A stretch of DNA of 64,000 bases from a virus. Where the stretch lies: the UHGV virus genome UHGV-0054069; one strand, given 5' to 3'. The notes beneath the pieces are model-generated. The model did no database searches. It saw nothing but the letters and a program-made list of their open reading frames with translations, and was not told the DNA's origin. Numbering within the stretch: position 1 is the first letter of the stretch; the number at the start of each line of letters is the position of its first letter. Of the stretch, positions 1-8,395 are shown piece after piece. A program made the translations under genes and the position numbers.

Positions 1-47
1 CCCCAGATAAAGAACTTTATTACTAACCTAAACTGGAGATTCAAAAA

Positions 48-305
48 ATGGCTACCATTAAAAACATCGTAATTACTGCAAAATCCCGTGATGATGCTCG
101 TGCAACTGCTAAAAAATTAAATGGTAAAGTGGTTGACAACGGAAAAGATTCTACTGTAAGATGGGGCGTAAAGACAGACAAAAAATTAACTCTTAAACAT
201 AGCTCTTACAATATGTTTAAAGGTGTAAAAACTATCGGTAACACTAACGTGTTTACAAAACAGGGTTACAAAATGCACTTAGCATTAATTGGCAATTTAA
301 TCTAA
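48..305 (+). CDS. hypothetical early protein
   Basis: ORF; conserved leader CCTAAACTGGAG at 27-38 with GGAG about 9 nt before ATG. Confidence 0.55.
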   Translation: MATIKNIVITAKSRDDARATAKKLNGKVVDNGKDSTVRWGVKTDKKLTLKHSSYNMFKGVKTIGNTNVFTKQGYKMHLALIGNLI

Positions 306-311
306 AAGTAC

Positions 312-340
312 TTTACATGGGGTTTATAAGTCGATAGTAT
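312..340 (+). promoter_or_regulatory. sigma70-like promoter (TTTACA-N17-TAGTAT)
   Basis: -35 at 312-317, -10 at 335-340, read directly; precedes leader of gene 392..904. Confidence 0.5.
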
Positions 341-391
341 AAGCCCCAGATAAAGAGCTTTACCAACAATCCTAAACTGGAGATTCAAAAA

Positions 392-904
392 ATGAAATCA
401 GTCGAAAGCACCTTTGAAGTTCAAAAAGAAAAATTTACTATCATCTTTGAAGCAATGAATGTTTATGAGCCTTCCCATTGTGTGGATAACTGGCAATTCA
501 CTGATGAGCATAAAGGAGGAGTTACAATCAAAGTTAAAAACTCAGAACGTAACGGCTACAAATATGCAATTCCTATGCACTATGCGCTTTCACAGCTTGC
601 CAGTGATTACGCAAAACAGGGAAGGGATAACCCATCATTAGCCGCTTACAAGAGCTTACAAGATGAACTAGAAAGGGATTTAGGGGCTAATAGCTACATT
701 CTATACGCCTCAGTAGTTGACGCTGAAGGCAACACGGTTTTAAATAGTTTTTCCCTTGCGTATGGTTTTGATTGGTGCTATCTTGACGGGGAAGATTTAG
801 ATTCACGCTTAAAAGAGGAAGTAAGCAATTCAGGTGCTGAAGAGGAAGTTTTAGAGCGCTTGGAAGATTTAAAAGATAGTGTGATGAATATCTTTAATAT
901 CTAA
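392..904 (+). CDS. hypothetical early protein
   Basis: ORF with conserved leader/RBS cassette (371-382). Confidence 0.6.
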   Translation: MKSVESTFEVQKEKFTIIFEAMNVYEPSHCVDNWQFTDEHKGGVTIKVKNSERNGYKYAIPMHYALSQLASDYAKQGRDNPSLAAYKSLQDELERDLGANSYILYASVVDAEGNTVLNSFSLAYGFDWCYLDGEDLDSRLKEEVSNSGAEEEVLERLEDLKDSVMNIFNI

Positions 905-910
905 AAGTAC

Positions 911-940
911 TTTACATGGGGGTTATCAAGTTGCTAAGAT
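911..940 (+). promoter_or_regulatory. sigma70-like promoter (TTTACA-N18-TAAGAT)
   Basis: hexamers read directly; followed by conserved leader. Confidence 0.45.
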
Positions 941-989
941 AGCCCCAGATAAAGAGCTTTACCAACAATCCTAAACTGGAGAATCTAAA

Positions 990-1280
990 ATGAAAATTCC
1001 TGCTAATGTACGCTCAAAGTTAAGCCAATTACTACAAAACATTTCTTTTGTAGAATCTCATAGACGTTCACAGGATGTTATAGAGTGGTATCATGGGAAG
1101 ATTAACAAGAAAGAAGTTTTAATCTGTATTTGGAACTTTCAAAAAGAACATGGCAAGCCATTGCTTCAGGTTGACATTTATGATAATACTAGCAAATCAG
1201 CAGTAAAATCAAAAGCTGATATGATTGATTCATATGAAATTAGTCACACTGGTAGATTATCACACGTTGGGAAGGTTTAA
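990..1280 (+). CDS. hypothetical early protein
   Basis: ORF with conserved leader (970-981). Confidence 0.55.
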   Translation: MKIPANVRSKLSQLLQNISFVESHRRSQDVIEWYHGKINKKEVLICIWNFQKEHGKPLLQVDIYDNTSKSAVKSKADMIDSYEISHTGRLSHVGKV

Positions 1281-1281
1281 A

Positions 1282-1608
1282 ATGTTACTTTCTGGTATCG
1301 CAATTCTGATTTCAATTGTGGCGCTATGTAAAGCTTATCAAGCCTCAGCATATGCAGATAAGGCCATCACAAGGAAAGTTAAAATAAACCTTGTAAGTAG
1401 CTTCTTAGAGCGTTTAAGCGTGGAACAATTACAACGTTTAGAGATGGGCTTCAGGTTTAAGGCAGACACTTATCAAATCAGTGATGTTTTATCCGGTAAC
1501 TTTGAGCTTGTTAATGATTACAATACGTTACTAAATGCTATTCAAGCTACTGATTTAAAAGAATATTATCCGGCTATTGCACAAGAAATTAATAAACGCA
1601 AAAAATAG
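1282..1608 (+). CDS. hypothetical small membrane protein
   Basis: start moved to in-frame ATG 1282 just after upstream stop, GGAAGG RBS; N-terminal hydrophobic segment LLSGIAILISIVAL. Confidence 0.45.
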   Translation: MLLSGIAILISIVALCKAYQASAYADKAITRKVKINLVSSFLERLSVEQLQRLEMGFRFKADTYQISDVLSGNFELVNDYNTLLNAIQATDLKEYYPAIAQEINKRKK

Positions 1609-1609
1609 C

Positions 1610-1638
1610 TTGCAAAGGCAAATCAAAACAAGTAAAGT
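1610..1638 (+). promoter_or_regulatory. sigma70-like promoter (TTGCAA-N17-TAAAGT)
   Basis: hexamers with 17 nt spacer; GC hairpin GGGGC..GCCCC in leader. Confidence 0.5.
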
Positions 1639-1690
1639 ACTCATCAACGGGGCAAGCAAGCCCCAACAATCCTAAACTGGAGAATCTAAG

Positions 1691-1963
1691 ATGTATACAA
1701 CTAATAATGGCAGAACTTTAAATGTAACTTTAAAGCACTATGTAGATGGTGTATTAAACTTTGAAGACTTGCAAGCAGAACAGCACTTGTTAAATTGGCA
1801 AGTAGCAGGATTACAAAAAACTGCCACCGGATATGGGAAGAAAATCCCTACATCGTGGAAAGTGCCCTATTTAGGTAAATTACGTAGAATTTATCAAGAT
1901 GTTTACAGCAATAGTGGTGTAAGTTACATTATTGTTAGCGGTAAAAAGTTACATCTTGCTTAA
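1691..1963 (+). CDS. hypothetical early protein
   Basis: ORF with conserved leader (1672-1683). Confidence 0.55.
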   Translation: MYTTNNGRTLNVTLKHYVDGVLNFEDLQAEQHLLNWQVAGLQKTATGYGKKIPTSWKVPYLGKLRRIYQDVYSNSGVSYIIVSGKKLHLA

Positions 1964-1971
1964 TAAAGTGC

Positions 1972-2000
1972 TTTACATGGGGTTTATAAGTCGATAGTAT
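1972..2000 (+). promoter_or_regulatory. sigma70-like promoter (TTTACA-N17-TAGTAT)
   Basis: near-identical copy of promoter at 312-340. Confidence 0.5.
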
Positions 2001-2050
2001 AAGCCCCAGATAAAGAACTTTATCACTAACCTAAACTGGAGATTCAAAAA

Positions 2051-2452
2051 ATGGCTACGAACAAAGATATAGCAGTACTGAAAGCACGTTTGACCGTTAA
2101 CCGTATTAATGCTATCACATCAACCGCACCAGATGAGGTTTTACATAACATTATCGGTAAAATTCAGGGTGTAATTTTAGACGTTGAAAACATCAGAGAT
2201 TCACTTGCAAATGTTGCACAGGGTGTTACACTTGACGGCGCACAATATGAAATGGCTGATATGCTTTCAAAGTCAAAAGTTCTTAATAAAGAATTAGACT
2301 TGAAAATGTTTCGATTTGCTATTAAAGTGTGGTTATCTGTTGAGTTTGATGCTAACTTTGCAATTGCTGATTTCTTTGCAACGTGGTTACAACGTAATTT
2401 AGAAAAGCAAGATTTTCAAGATATCTGCGATACAATTTACGCAGAACTTTAA
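2051..2452 (+). CDS. hypothetical early protein
   Basis: ORF with conserved leader (2029-2040). Confidence 0.6.
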   Translation: MATNKDIAVLKARLTVNRINAITSTAPDEVLHNIIGKIQGVILDVENIRDSLANVAQGVTLDGAQYEMADMLSKSKVLNKELDLKMFRFAIKVWLSVEFDANFAIADFFATWLQRNLEKQDFQDICDTIYAEL

Positions 2453-2459
2453 AAAACGT

Positions 2460-2488
2460 TTGACACTAATTTTTAGATAGATTAAAGT
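2460..2488 (+). promoter_or_regulatory. sigma70-like promoter (TTGACA-N17-TAAAGT)
   Basis: consensus -35, 17 nt spacer. Confidence 0.5.
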
Positions 2489-2543
2489 ACTCATCAACGG
2501 GGCAAGACAGAAGCCCCAACAATCCTAAACTGGAGATTCAAAA

Positions 2544-3101
2544 ATGAAATGCTTTCACGGAACTACTCAAGAAAATTTTGTAAACCTGCTGAGTGGTGGA
2601 GAAAAACCTTCAGGGGCTTGGAATTGCTCAGACAGTGACGGGTGTTTTTATGTTTACCCTGTTAGTAAGTTCTATGATGTAGAGGATATGGACGCAGAAC
2701 AAATCACTGAAGAGGGTATTAGAAACGCTATGGATAGCGCAAGTATCACAGCGGCTTTCCAGATGAAATCACAAAAAATAGTTATCTTGGAACTTGATAT
2801 TCCAGAAGATGAATTGCAAGATGACTGGAGCTGTGAGAATATGAAAGACGTTGCAAGCTTTACAGAACACTTTGATAAATCTTGGATTAAAAAGATTTAC
2901 ACAACTGATTTTAATGCTATGTATGCACCGTTTTTTGTACCTAACTTGAACAATAGAAATCTTGGCTATGTACCTGATGAATTACATAACATTGCTGTAA
3001 TGGTTCAACGTAGCGATGAGATGAGTAATGTTTATTGTGACATTTTCGAAAATATGCAATCTAATATCACAGAAAGCAATATAAACGACTTTACAGCATA
3101 A
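2544..3101 (+). CDS. hypothetical early protein with N-terminal HGT..GG motif (possible ADP-ribosyltransferase-like fold)
   Basis: ORF with conserved leader; N-terminus CFHGTTQENFVNLLSGG; function is inference only. Confidence 0.55.
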   Translation: MKCFHGTTQENFVNLLSGGEKPSGAWNCSDSDGCFYVYPVSKFYDVEDMDAEQITEEGIRNAMDSASITAAFQMKSQKIVILELDIPEDELQDDWSCENMKDVASFTEHFDKSWIKKIYTTDFNAMYAPFFVPNLNNRNLGYVPDELHNIAVMVQRSDEMSNVYCDIFENMQSNITESNINDFTA

Positions 3102-3127
3102 TCTATAGAATCTTACCAGTTAATTAA

Positions 3128-3147
3128 AAAAGCCCCGCACAGGGGCT
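3128..3147 (-). terminator. hairpin with U-run on minus strand (antisense terminator-like)
   Basis: AAGCCCCGCACAGGGGCTT preceded by AAAAAA on plus strand, i.e. hairpin+T-run on minus. Confidence 0.35.
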
Positions 3148-3164
3148 TACAAGAGGCTTAAAAC

Positions 3165-3401
3165 ATGTTAACAACAATCTATCTCATGCTTGCTGTATGC
3201 TCTGGGGCTAATGATTGCCATTATGGGGTTTTAGAATCCTTTGAAGGCACTAAACAAAATGCGGAAGAGGCTTGTAATATTGCTAGACAAGATTACCCCA
3301 AATCATCTAAAATGGGTTGCTACGTCTTACAAGGTGAAGACGAAAACACAGAATACTACGAAAATATTAATGAAGATGAATTTTTAGAGATTTACAAATA
3401 A
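3165..3401 (+). CDS. hypothetical small protein with N-terminal hydrophobic/signal-like segment
   Basis: ORF; AGAGG RBS; N-terminus MLTTIYLMLAVCSGA. Confidence 0.5.
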   Translation: MLTTIYLMLAVCSGANDCHYGVLESFEGTKQNAEEACNIARQDYPKSSKMGCYVLQGEDENTEYYENINEDEFLEIYK

Positions 3402-3406
3402 AGTAC

Positions 3407-3436
3407 TTTACATGGGGCTTAAAAGCTTGATACCAT
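3407..3436 (+). promoter_or_regulatory. sigma70-like promoter (TTTACA-N18-TACCAT)
   Basis: weaker -10; followed by conserved leader. Confidence 0.35.
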
Positions 3437-3477
3437 AAGCCCCAGATAAAGAGCTTTCCTAAACTGGAGTTTTCACA

Positions 3478-3624
3478 ATGTCAAATATAGTTGAAATGGT
3501 TTTTAATAATCCGGTATTCTCAGAGATGATTTTCTCGTTTATCATGATGTTACTTGTTAAAACCATGAAAAAAGCCGAAAAATTACACTCAAAGAAAAAA
3601 GCTATTGCAAACCGTTTTAAGTAA
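3478..3624 (+). CDS. small hydrophobic protein (48 aa), absent from ORF track
   Basis: ATG 3478 preceded by leader CCTAAACTGGAG (3458-3469); in-frame to TAA 3622-3624; MSNIVEMVFNNPVFSEMIFSFIMMLLVKTMKK... Confidence 0.4.
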   Translation: MSNIVEMVFNNPVFSEMIFSFIMMLLVKTMKKAEKLHSKKKAIANRFK

Positions 3625-3633
3625 AGATATAGT
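3605..3633 (+). promoter_or_regulatory. sigma70-like promoter (TTGCAA-N17-TATAGT)
   Basis: overlaps 3' end of small ORF 3478..3624. Confidence 0.5.
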
Positions 3634-3671
3634 ATCAATCAAGCCCACTTCCTAAACTGGAGAATCTGAAA

Positions 3672-4013
3672 ATGGCATACGTAACAATCATCACTGATAA
3701 AGAAAATTCCTCATGGTCTACACAAGTAAGCGATAGAATGTCGCCTATGCAATGCCTAAAATACTTTGAGCAATGGAACAAGGGGGAAGATGTAAGCCCT
3801 TTCCAAGTGATGCAAATTGTACACGTTGATAATGACGGTAACAAAACAACACTAAACAGCGAATACTATGCAACACGCTTTGAAACAAAAGCTAACATGA
3901 TGAAAGCATTACGTGAAAAAGGTTATAGTCACATAGCGGGGTTAATATGGAGTGACTTACTAAAATCACAGAGATTAACCTATGTCAAGACAGAAAAAAT
4001 CTTTATAAGCTAA
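3672..4013 (+). CDS. hypothetical early protein
   Basis: ORF with conserved leader (3645-3656). Confidence 0.6.
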   Translation: MAYVTIITDKENSSWSTQVSDRMSPMQCLKYFEQWNKGEDVSPFQVMQIVHVDNDGNKTTLNSEYYATRFETKANMMKALREKGYSHIAGLIWSDLLKSQRLTYVKTEKIFIS

Positions 4014-4141
4014 TCAATGACTTACAAAATTCTTTGAAAAAACTGTTGACAATACCCCTTGACATTGATAGATTTGTTCGAGGGGGTTTATCTAAAAGGG
4101 ATTCACTTAAAAGATTCTTTATAGATAAGCGTAAAAAGTAC

Positions 4142-4170
4142 TTGCAAAGGTCTAATCATATCTATATAGT
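4142..4170 (+). promoter_or_regulatory. sigma70-like promoter (TTGCAA-N17-TATAGT)
   Basis: hexamers read directly. Confidence 0.5.
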
Positions 4171-4209
4171 ATCTTCAAAAGGCAACTTCCTAAACTGGAG
4201 AATCACTAA

Positions 4210-4350
4210 ATGTTAGATATCATTAAAAACCCTATCCTTTGCGGTATGATTGTCTCTGTTGTGTTGCCATTAGCAATACTCATCATTGGTGAAATCTCAG
4301 ATAAACTTTTTGATAAAAAACTACTTGCAATACAGAATCAAAACAAGTAA
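4210..4350 (+). CDS. small hydrophobic protein (46 aa), absent from ORF track
   Basis: ATG 4210 after leader CCTAAACTGGAG (4189-4200); MLDIIKNPILCGMIVSVVLPLAILIIGEIS...; stop TAA 4348-4350. Confidence 0.4.
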   Translation: MLDIIKNPILCGMIVSVVLPLAILIIGEISDKLFDKKLLAIQNQNK

Positions 4351-4353
4351 AGT
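4325..4353 (+). promoter_or_regulatory. sigma70-like promoter (TTGCAA-N17-TAAAGT)
   Basis: -10 overlaps stop codon of ORF 4210..4350. Confidence 0.5.
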
Positions 4354-4415
4354 ATTTATCAACGGGGAGGGAGACTTCCCCACTAAAACAAAATTCCTAA
4401 ACTGGAGAATCTAGA

Positions 4416-4943
4416 ATGAATAAGTTCCAAGCAATTAATCATATCCGTTCCAATGCAGTAATGAGCAAGCCAGTAAAAGACACCTTCGAATTCCGCTGTA
4501 ATGATAAGTTGTTTGCAGTCATTACAAAAGGGGAAGATAAAAAGTATTATGTACATCGCCAAAACGTTAAGTTAGTAACAGCAGACAACTTTATGAAAGC
4601 TGTTGCAACAATCCTACCGGATTTTATGGAACTGGTAGCAGAACTTTGTGAACACTGCATCAAGTCATCAAAGGCAGAATTAAACCGCTTTAAAATGGCT
4701 TATGAGCGTTCTATCAAGTCCCATAACATGTATATCATGCCATTGGCTTTTGGTACTCAGGCAATGGGAACAGGTTGTCATCCTTTCCACCTTTACGATG
4801 TAGAAAGCATTTACCTTAGTGAGTCAAAAGATATTGATTTTAGTTTACAGTTAGGACAAGCATTAAATGATATGATTAAATTACACGAAAAATCCGTAAA
4901 AGATATGCAAAAAGAGCTTGACGAAATCATCGTAAATCTATAA
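4416..4943 (+). CDS. hypothetical early protein
   Basis: ORF with conserved leader (4396-4407). Confidence 0.6.
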   Translation: MNKFQAINHIRSNAVMSKPVKDTFEFRCNDKLFAVITKGEDKKYYVHRQNVKLVTADNFMKAVATILPDFMELVAELCEHCIKSSKAELNRFKMAYERSIKSHNMYIMPLAFGTQAMGTGCHPFHLYDVESIYLSESKDIDFSLQLGQALNDMIKLHEKSVKDMQKELDEIIVNL

Positions 4944-4946
4944 AGT
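4918..4946 (+). promoter_or_regulatory. sigma70-like promoter (TTGACG-N17-TAAAGT)
   Basis: within 3' end of upstream gene. Confidence 0.45.
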
Positions 4947-5003
4947 ACTTATCAACGGGGAGGGAATGACCTTCCCCAACAATCCTAAACTGGAGACTAG
5001 AAA

Positions 5004-5267
5004 ATGAATAATCAAGAAATCACTATCCTGTTACAAATCGGTACTGACAAAGAAGATATCCAACTTTGCAAACGTATTGAAAGTGATTGGTTCAACGGTG
5101 AAATCATCGCAGAATCTTATGAAGTAGTCGGATTCATGAATGGTGAAGTTGTAAGCCATTTCGGTTTAACTAAATCTGAAGCCGTTGCAAAGTATGACGT
5201 TTTATCTTGTGAGATTCTTACAAAATACAATGAAAAAAGACTTGCAACTTATGCAGCAATGAATTAA
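5004..5267 (+). CDS. hypothetical early protein
   Basis: ORF with conserved leader (4984-4995). Confidence 0.55.
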   Translation: MNNQEITILLQIGTDKEDIQLCKRIESDWFNGEIIAESYEVVGFMNGEVVSHFGLTKSEAVAKYDVLSCEILTKYNEKRLATYAAMN

Positions 5268-5270
5268 TAT
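5242..5270 (+). promoter_or_regulatory. sigma70-like promoter (TTGCAA-N17-TAATAT)
   Basis: hexamers read directly. Confidence 0.45.
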
Positions 5271-5333
5271 TACTTTCAACGGGGAGGGAGACTTCCCCAC
5301 TAAAACAAAATTCCTAAACTGGAGAATCTGAAA

Positions 5334-5585
5334 ATGGCTACTATCCGCGCAACTGTTAACAATTTTGGCTTCCATGTATTAGATGTTAAATTTGATATGG
5401 TTGGAACTGGTGATGCTTTCGGTATGATTGAAATGTGTCTGAAGGCAACTATTCAGGACTACAATCCATCGGAAACATTCTGGAAAGAAACTAAACAGGA
5501 AGTCTTAAAGGATGGTGTATCTTCTTACTATTGGGGTGATTCTCTTATCACGCTTTACTACCAAAAATTTGGTGTGATTAACTAA
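5334..5585 (+). CDS. hypothetical early protein
   Basis: ORF with conserved leader (5313-5324). Confidence 0.55.
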   Translation: MATIRATVNNFGFHVLDVKFDMVGTGDAFGMIEMCLKATIQDYNPSETFWKETKQEVLKDGVSSYYWGDSLITLYYQKFGVIN

Positions 5586-5626
5586 CAAGTCGCCGCAACG
5601 GGGCAAATAGCCCCAGACACCTTTAC

Positions 5627-5650
5627 AGCCCCTTAGATGGGGCTTTTTTA
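5627..5650 (+). terminator. rho-independent terminator
   Basis: AGCCCC-TTAGAT-GGGGCT followed by TTTTTT; ends the plus-strand early array. Confidence 0.7.
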
Positions 5651-5997
5651 CGTCTATGAGATAGAACTCTATACAGAACCCTTCCTAGAATCTTACCAGA
5701 CCTTTAGAACAATAACTCTATAGCTTACTCTATATCATCTTATCAAGTCAACTACAATATAAGCCCATAACCCGAAAGGGAAGGGCAATCCCTAAAACGC
5801 TCTATAACGCTCTATACGGGCTTATCATCTCATCTTAAGCAATCATATTAACCCACTCTAAAAAGCCCTTTATAGAGCTTTCTAGAGCCTTAAAAGAATC
5901 TTATAAGGGTATAAGCTTTATTATCTCGTTAGTATCTTGTGAATGGTTAAACAGGGGCTTGAAAGTTACTTAATAATGTGTTATGGGGAACTAAAAA

Positions 5998-6063
5998 GAG
6001 CTTAAAAGTAACGTAAAAGATGCTTAAAAGTAACGTAAAAGATGCTTAAAAGTAACGTAAAAG
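5998..6063. repeat. 3 tandem copies of 22-bp unit CTTAAAAGTAACGTAAAAGATG
   Basis: copies at 6001-6022, 6023-6044, 6045-6063 (third truncated). Confidence 0.85.
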
Positions 6064-6119
6064 TTAGCCCCCTTTACATTCTCTTAACAAAATCTTAACA
6101 AATGCAACATAGTTATGCT

Positions 6120-6600
6120 TATTAGAGACTTGTTAGCCCCTTGTTAAATCCTTGTTAGAGGTATGTTAAGAGCTTGTTAGACTCTTTGAAGTCCCTGTAT
6201 AAGCCCCTAGAAAGCCCTATAAAGAGCTATACAGGTAGTTGGGGTGTAGTTACTAGGGAGAACCTTAGAAGAGGCTATACAGAGCTACAGAGAGCTTTTA
6301 AGAGGGCTTTATAGAGAATCACTAAGAAGGGAAGGGAACTATAGACCAAGAGATAGTGACCATGTTAATAGTTTGTTAAAAAGGTTTAGAACTTGTTAGC
6401 ATCTTGTTAATTATCTTAACAAAATAACTCTTAAGATTTAACTATTTAGCAACTTATAAGCAACTTGTTAGACTCTTGTTAGTAATGTTACAGACTTGTT
6501 AAGCTCTTGTTAGTTCTGTTAAGAGACTGTTAAGGACTTTGAAGAGATGTTAAGAGCTTGAGAGAGTTGTTAAGAGATTGTTAATGATATTTTAAGATTT
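6120..6600. repeat. iteron-like arrays of CTTGTTAG / GTTAAG motifs at roughly helical spacing
   Basis: over 20 copies at about 10-12 bp spacing in two blocks (6130-6180, 6400-6600); no ORFs. Confidence 0.7.
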
Positions 6601-7189
6601 TGCAAAGGGGATGTTACAGGGCTGTTAAGGGCTACTAAGCAGATATACACCCTTTGTAGATATTTTTCAGATACTCCCAAGAACCTAAAAAGTGACCTAC
6701 CTAGTCTATTTTATAAAAATTTTATAGAACTGAATAACTATCTATACACTATCTTCTATAAAACAGGTAATAACAGGCTTATAAGATATCTTGTTAGTAA
6801 CGTGTTAGACCTTGTAGGATAAGCCTTTACAGGGAATACCTGTTTAGTGTTATATAACAGTCTATATAGAGGCTTAGTAATACCTAGTGATTCTGCTATA
6901 TAGGGTACTATCATTTACCTAGAGATTAAGATGGGTATAGGGGCTTCTAAGGGGGTAGAAAGAGGTTAGGAAGGTGATTGTATAGGGTTGATTAATGGTA
7001 GGCTTAGAAGGCTTTATAGAGGGATATATAGAGAGCACTATTTAGGGACTAAGATGCTATATAGATACTATATAATACTATATAGAGATGATGCTTAGAG
7101 AGGGTGTTTAGAAGGGTATAGATATTTTATCACATATCATGGTGACCCAAGATGAACGGAGTGAATCCCAAATTTTATAAAAATTAAAA

Positions 7190-7232
7190 AGCCCCTATGA
7201 GATAGATTCTATCGAATCCATTTTAAGGGGCT
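7190..7232 (-). terminator. candidate terminator (long-loop hairpin + T-run on minus strand)
   Basis: AGCCCCT..AGGGGCT with nested GATAGA/TCTATC hairpin; A-run on plus strand; just past stop of gene 7242..7913. Confidence 0.4.
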
Positions 7233-7241
7233 AAATATTAA

Positions 7242-7913
7242 TCAACACAAATTCTCTATGATTACTTGAATAGCTTGTTTTGTGGTATGGAAGAAGTGTG
7301 TAAAACCAGTACTGCTCTCTGTAACTTGAATCATAATCTGTGAACCCTTAACCGGATAAGTTTGTAAGCGGTAATGATTACCATTGATTACAATAGAGCC
7401 ACCTTCACCAATATGATTCAAATGTGTGATATCAACAAATTCTTCTTTGCCTGTGACCCTGATACAAACACCTTTGTTCACTCGTGAAGGGTTAATATCT
7501 TCCATAAATAGCATTATCTGTCCACCAAGAGACATCATAGAGACTTCTTTACGGTTCTGCTGTTTAACATACATCTCAAGTTTCTTCAAAGTATCTTCAT
7601 AGAACGGATAAGACTTCTTGACAAAGATACCTTCAAGTGGCTCTTTACCTGAGTCTTCTCGTTCCATCTTAAGTCGATTAACAAGTAATTCTAAAGACCA
7701 CTTCTCACTTTCATCAAGATATGTATTGATATCATCTAGACTCAGTACCAGATACTTTCTTTCAAGTTCAAACTTTTTCATCTCTATCAAATCCTTAAAA
7801 CATTTCTTAGTAATTGCTTCCCATTCTTCGGAGTTCTTCCGCTTCCTCTTCAGATGGGGAACCATATCTGTTAAGTTCTTCCAACTCTTCTTCAGTAGGT
7901 GTACCATAATCAC
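7242..7913 (-). CDS. hypothetical protein
   Basis: long ORF in minus-strand block. Confidence 0.55.
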   Translation of the reverse strand: MIMVHLLKKSWKNLTDMVPHLKRKRKNSEEWEAITKKCFKDLIEMKKFELERKYLVLSLDDINTYLDESEKWSLELLVNRLKMEREDSGKEPLEGIFVKKSYPFYEDTLKKLEMYVKQQNRKEVSMMSLGGQIMLFMEDINPSRVNKGVCIRVTGKEEFVDITHLNHIGEGGSIVINGNHYRLQTYPVKGSQIMIQVTESSTGFTHFFHTTKQAIQVIIENLC

Positions 7914-8395
7914 ATCTTAAGTTTGAAAGTATTTTTACCATTGACCTGAATATACCCATCATTTTCAACTATCCAGTGTGCGGTTGAGAATGCACTATAT
8001 GCGTTTGCTTCACCATAACCAATAAACTTACCATTACACCCACTTTCAATAAGTATTGTACCTACTGGTTCACCTGTACCAATGGTTTCTACAATATAGA
8101 GTGTGTTTAGCTTTATGGAGCTATCTTCAGTCTCTTCTTTGAAGCGTTCAGGTAGAGACATATCAAGCCCTTCAGTTATTACAGATTGCATGTAAGCTTC
8201 TGAACACTCCCAGATAAAGCTATGTAGAAGAACCTTTGCAGCATGTCTTGAACAACCAAATTCTGCAACGATATCTTTATACATATCGTCTTTAGTTCCA
8301 TTGTTAAGTAGAGCTTTACGTACTACCTCTTTAACACTCTTCATCGTTCCAATCCTCATCTCTCTCAATTTGAAACTCTTCAGGTAACTCTGCAA
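7910..8395 (-). CDS. hypothetical protein
   Basis: ORF; stop overlaps next start (ATGA). Confidence 0.5.
   Translation of the reverse strand: MQSYLKSFKLREMRIGTMKSVKEVVRKALLNNGTKDDMYKDIVAEFGCSRHAAKVLLHSFIWECSEAYMQSVITEGLDMSLPERFKEETEDSSIKLNTLYIVETIGTGEPVGTILIESGCNGKFIGYGEANAYSAFSTAHWIVENDGYIQVNGKNTFKLKM

Noticed and set aside
459-641. 60-aa ORF nested in 392..904
   Set aside because: Alternative frame inside a gene that has the conserved leader.
4034-4216. 60-aa ORF from the track
   Set aside because: Occupies a promoter and the conserved leader; replaced by the small ORF 4210..4350 that starts at the leader's ATG.
5998-6063. Tandem repeats as a possible CRISPR array
   Set aside because: Units are directly adjacent with no spacers, only three copies, 22-bp AT-rich unit; a simple tandem repeat.
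7618-7920. 100-aa plus-strand ORF
   Set aside because: Antisense to the better-supported minus-strand gene 7242..7913.
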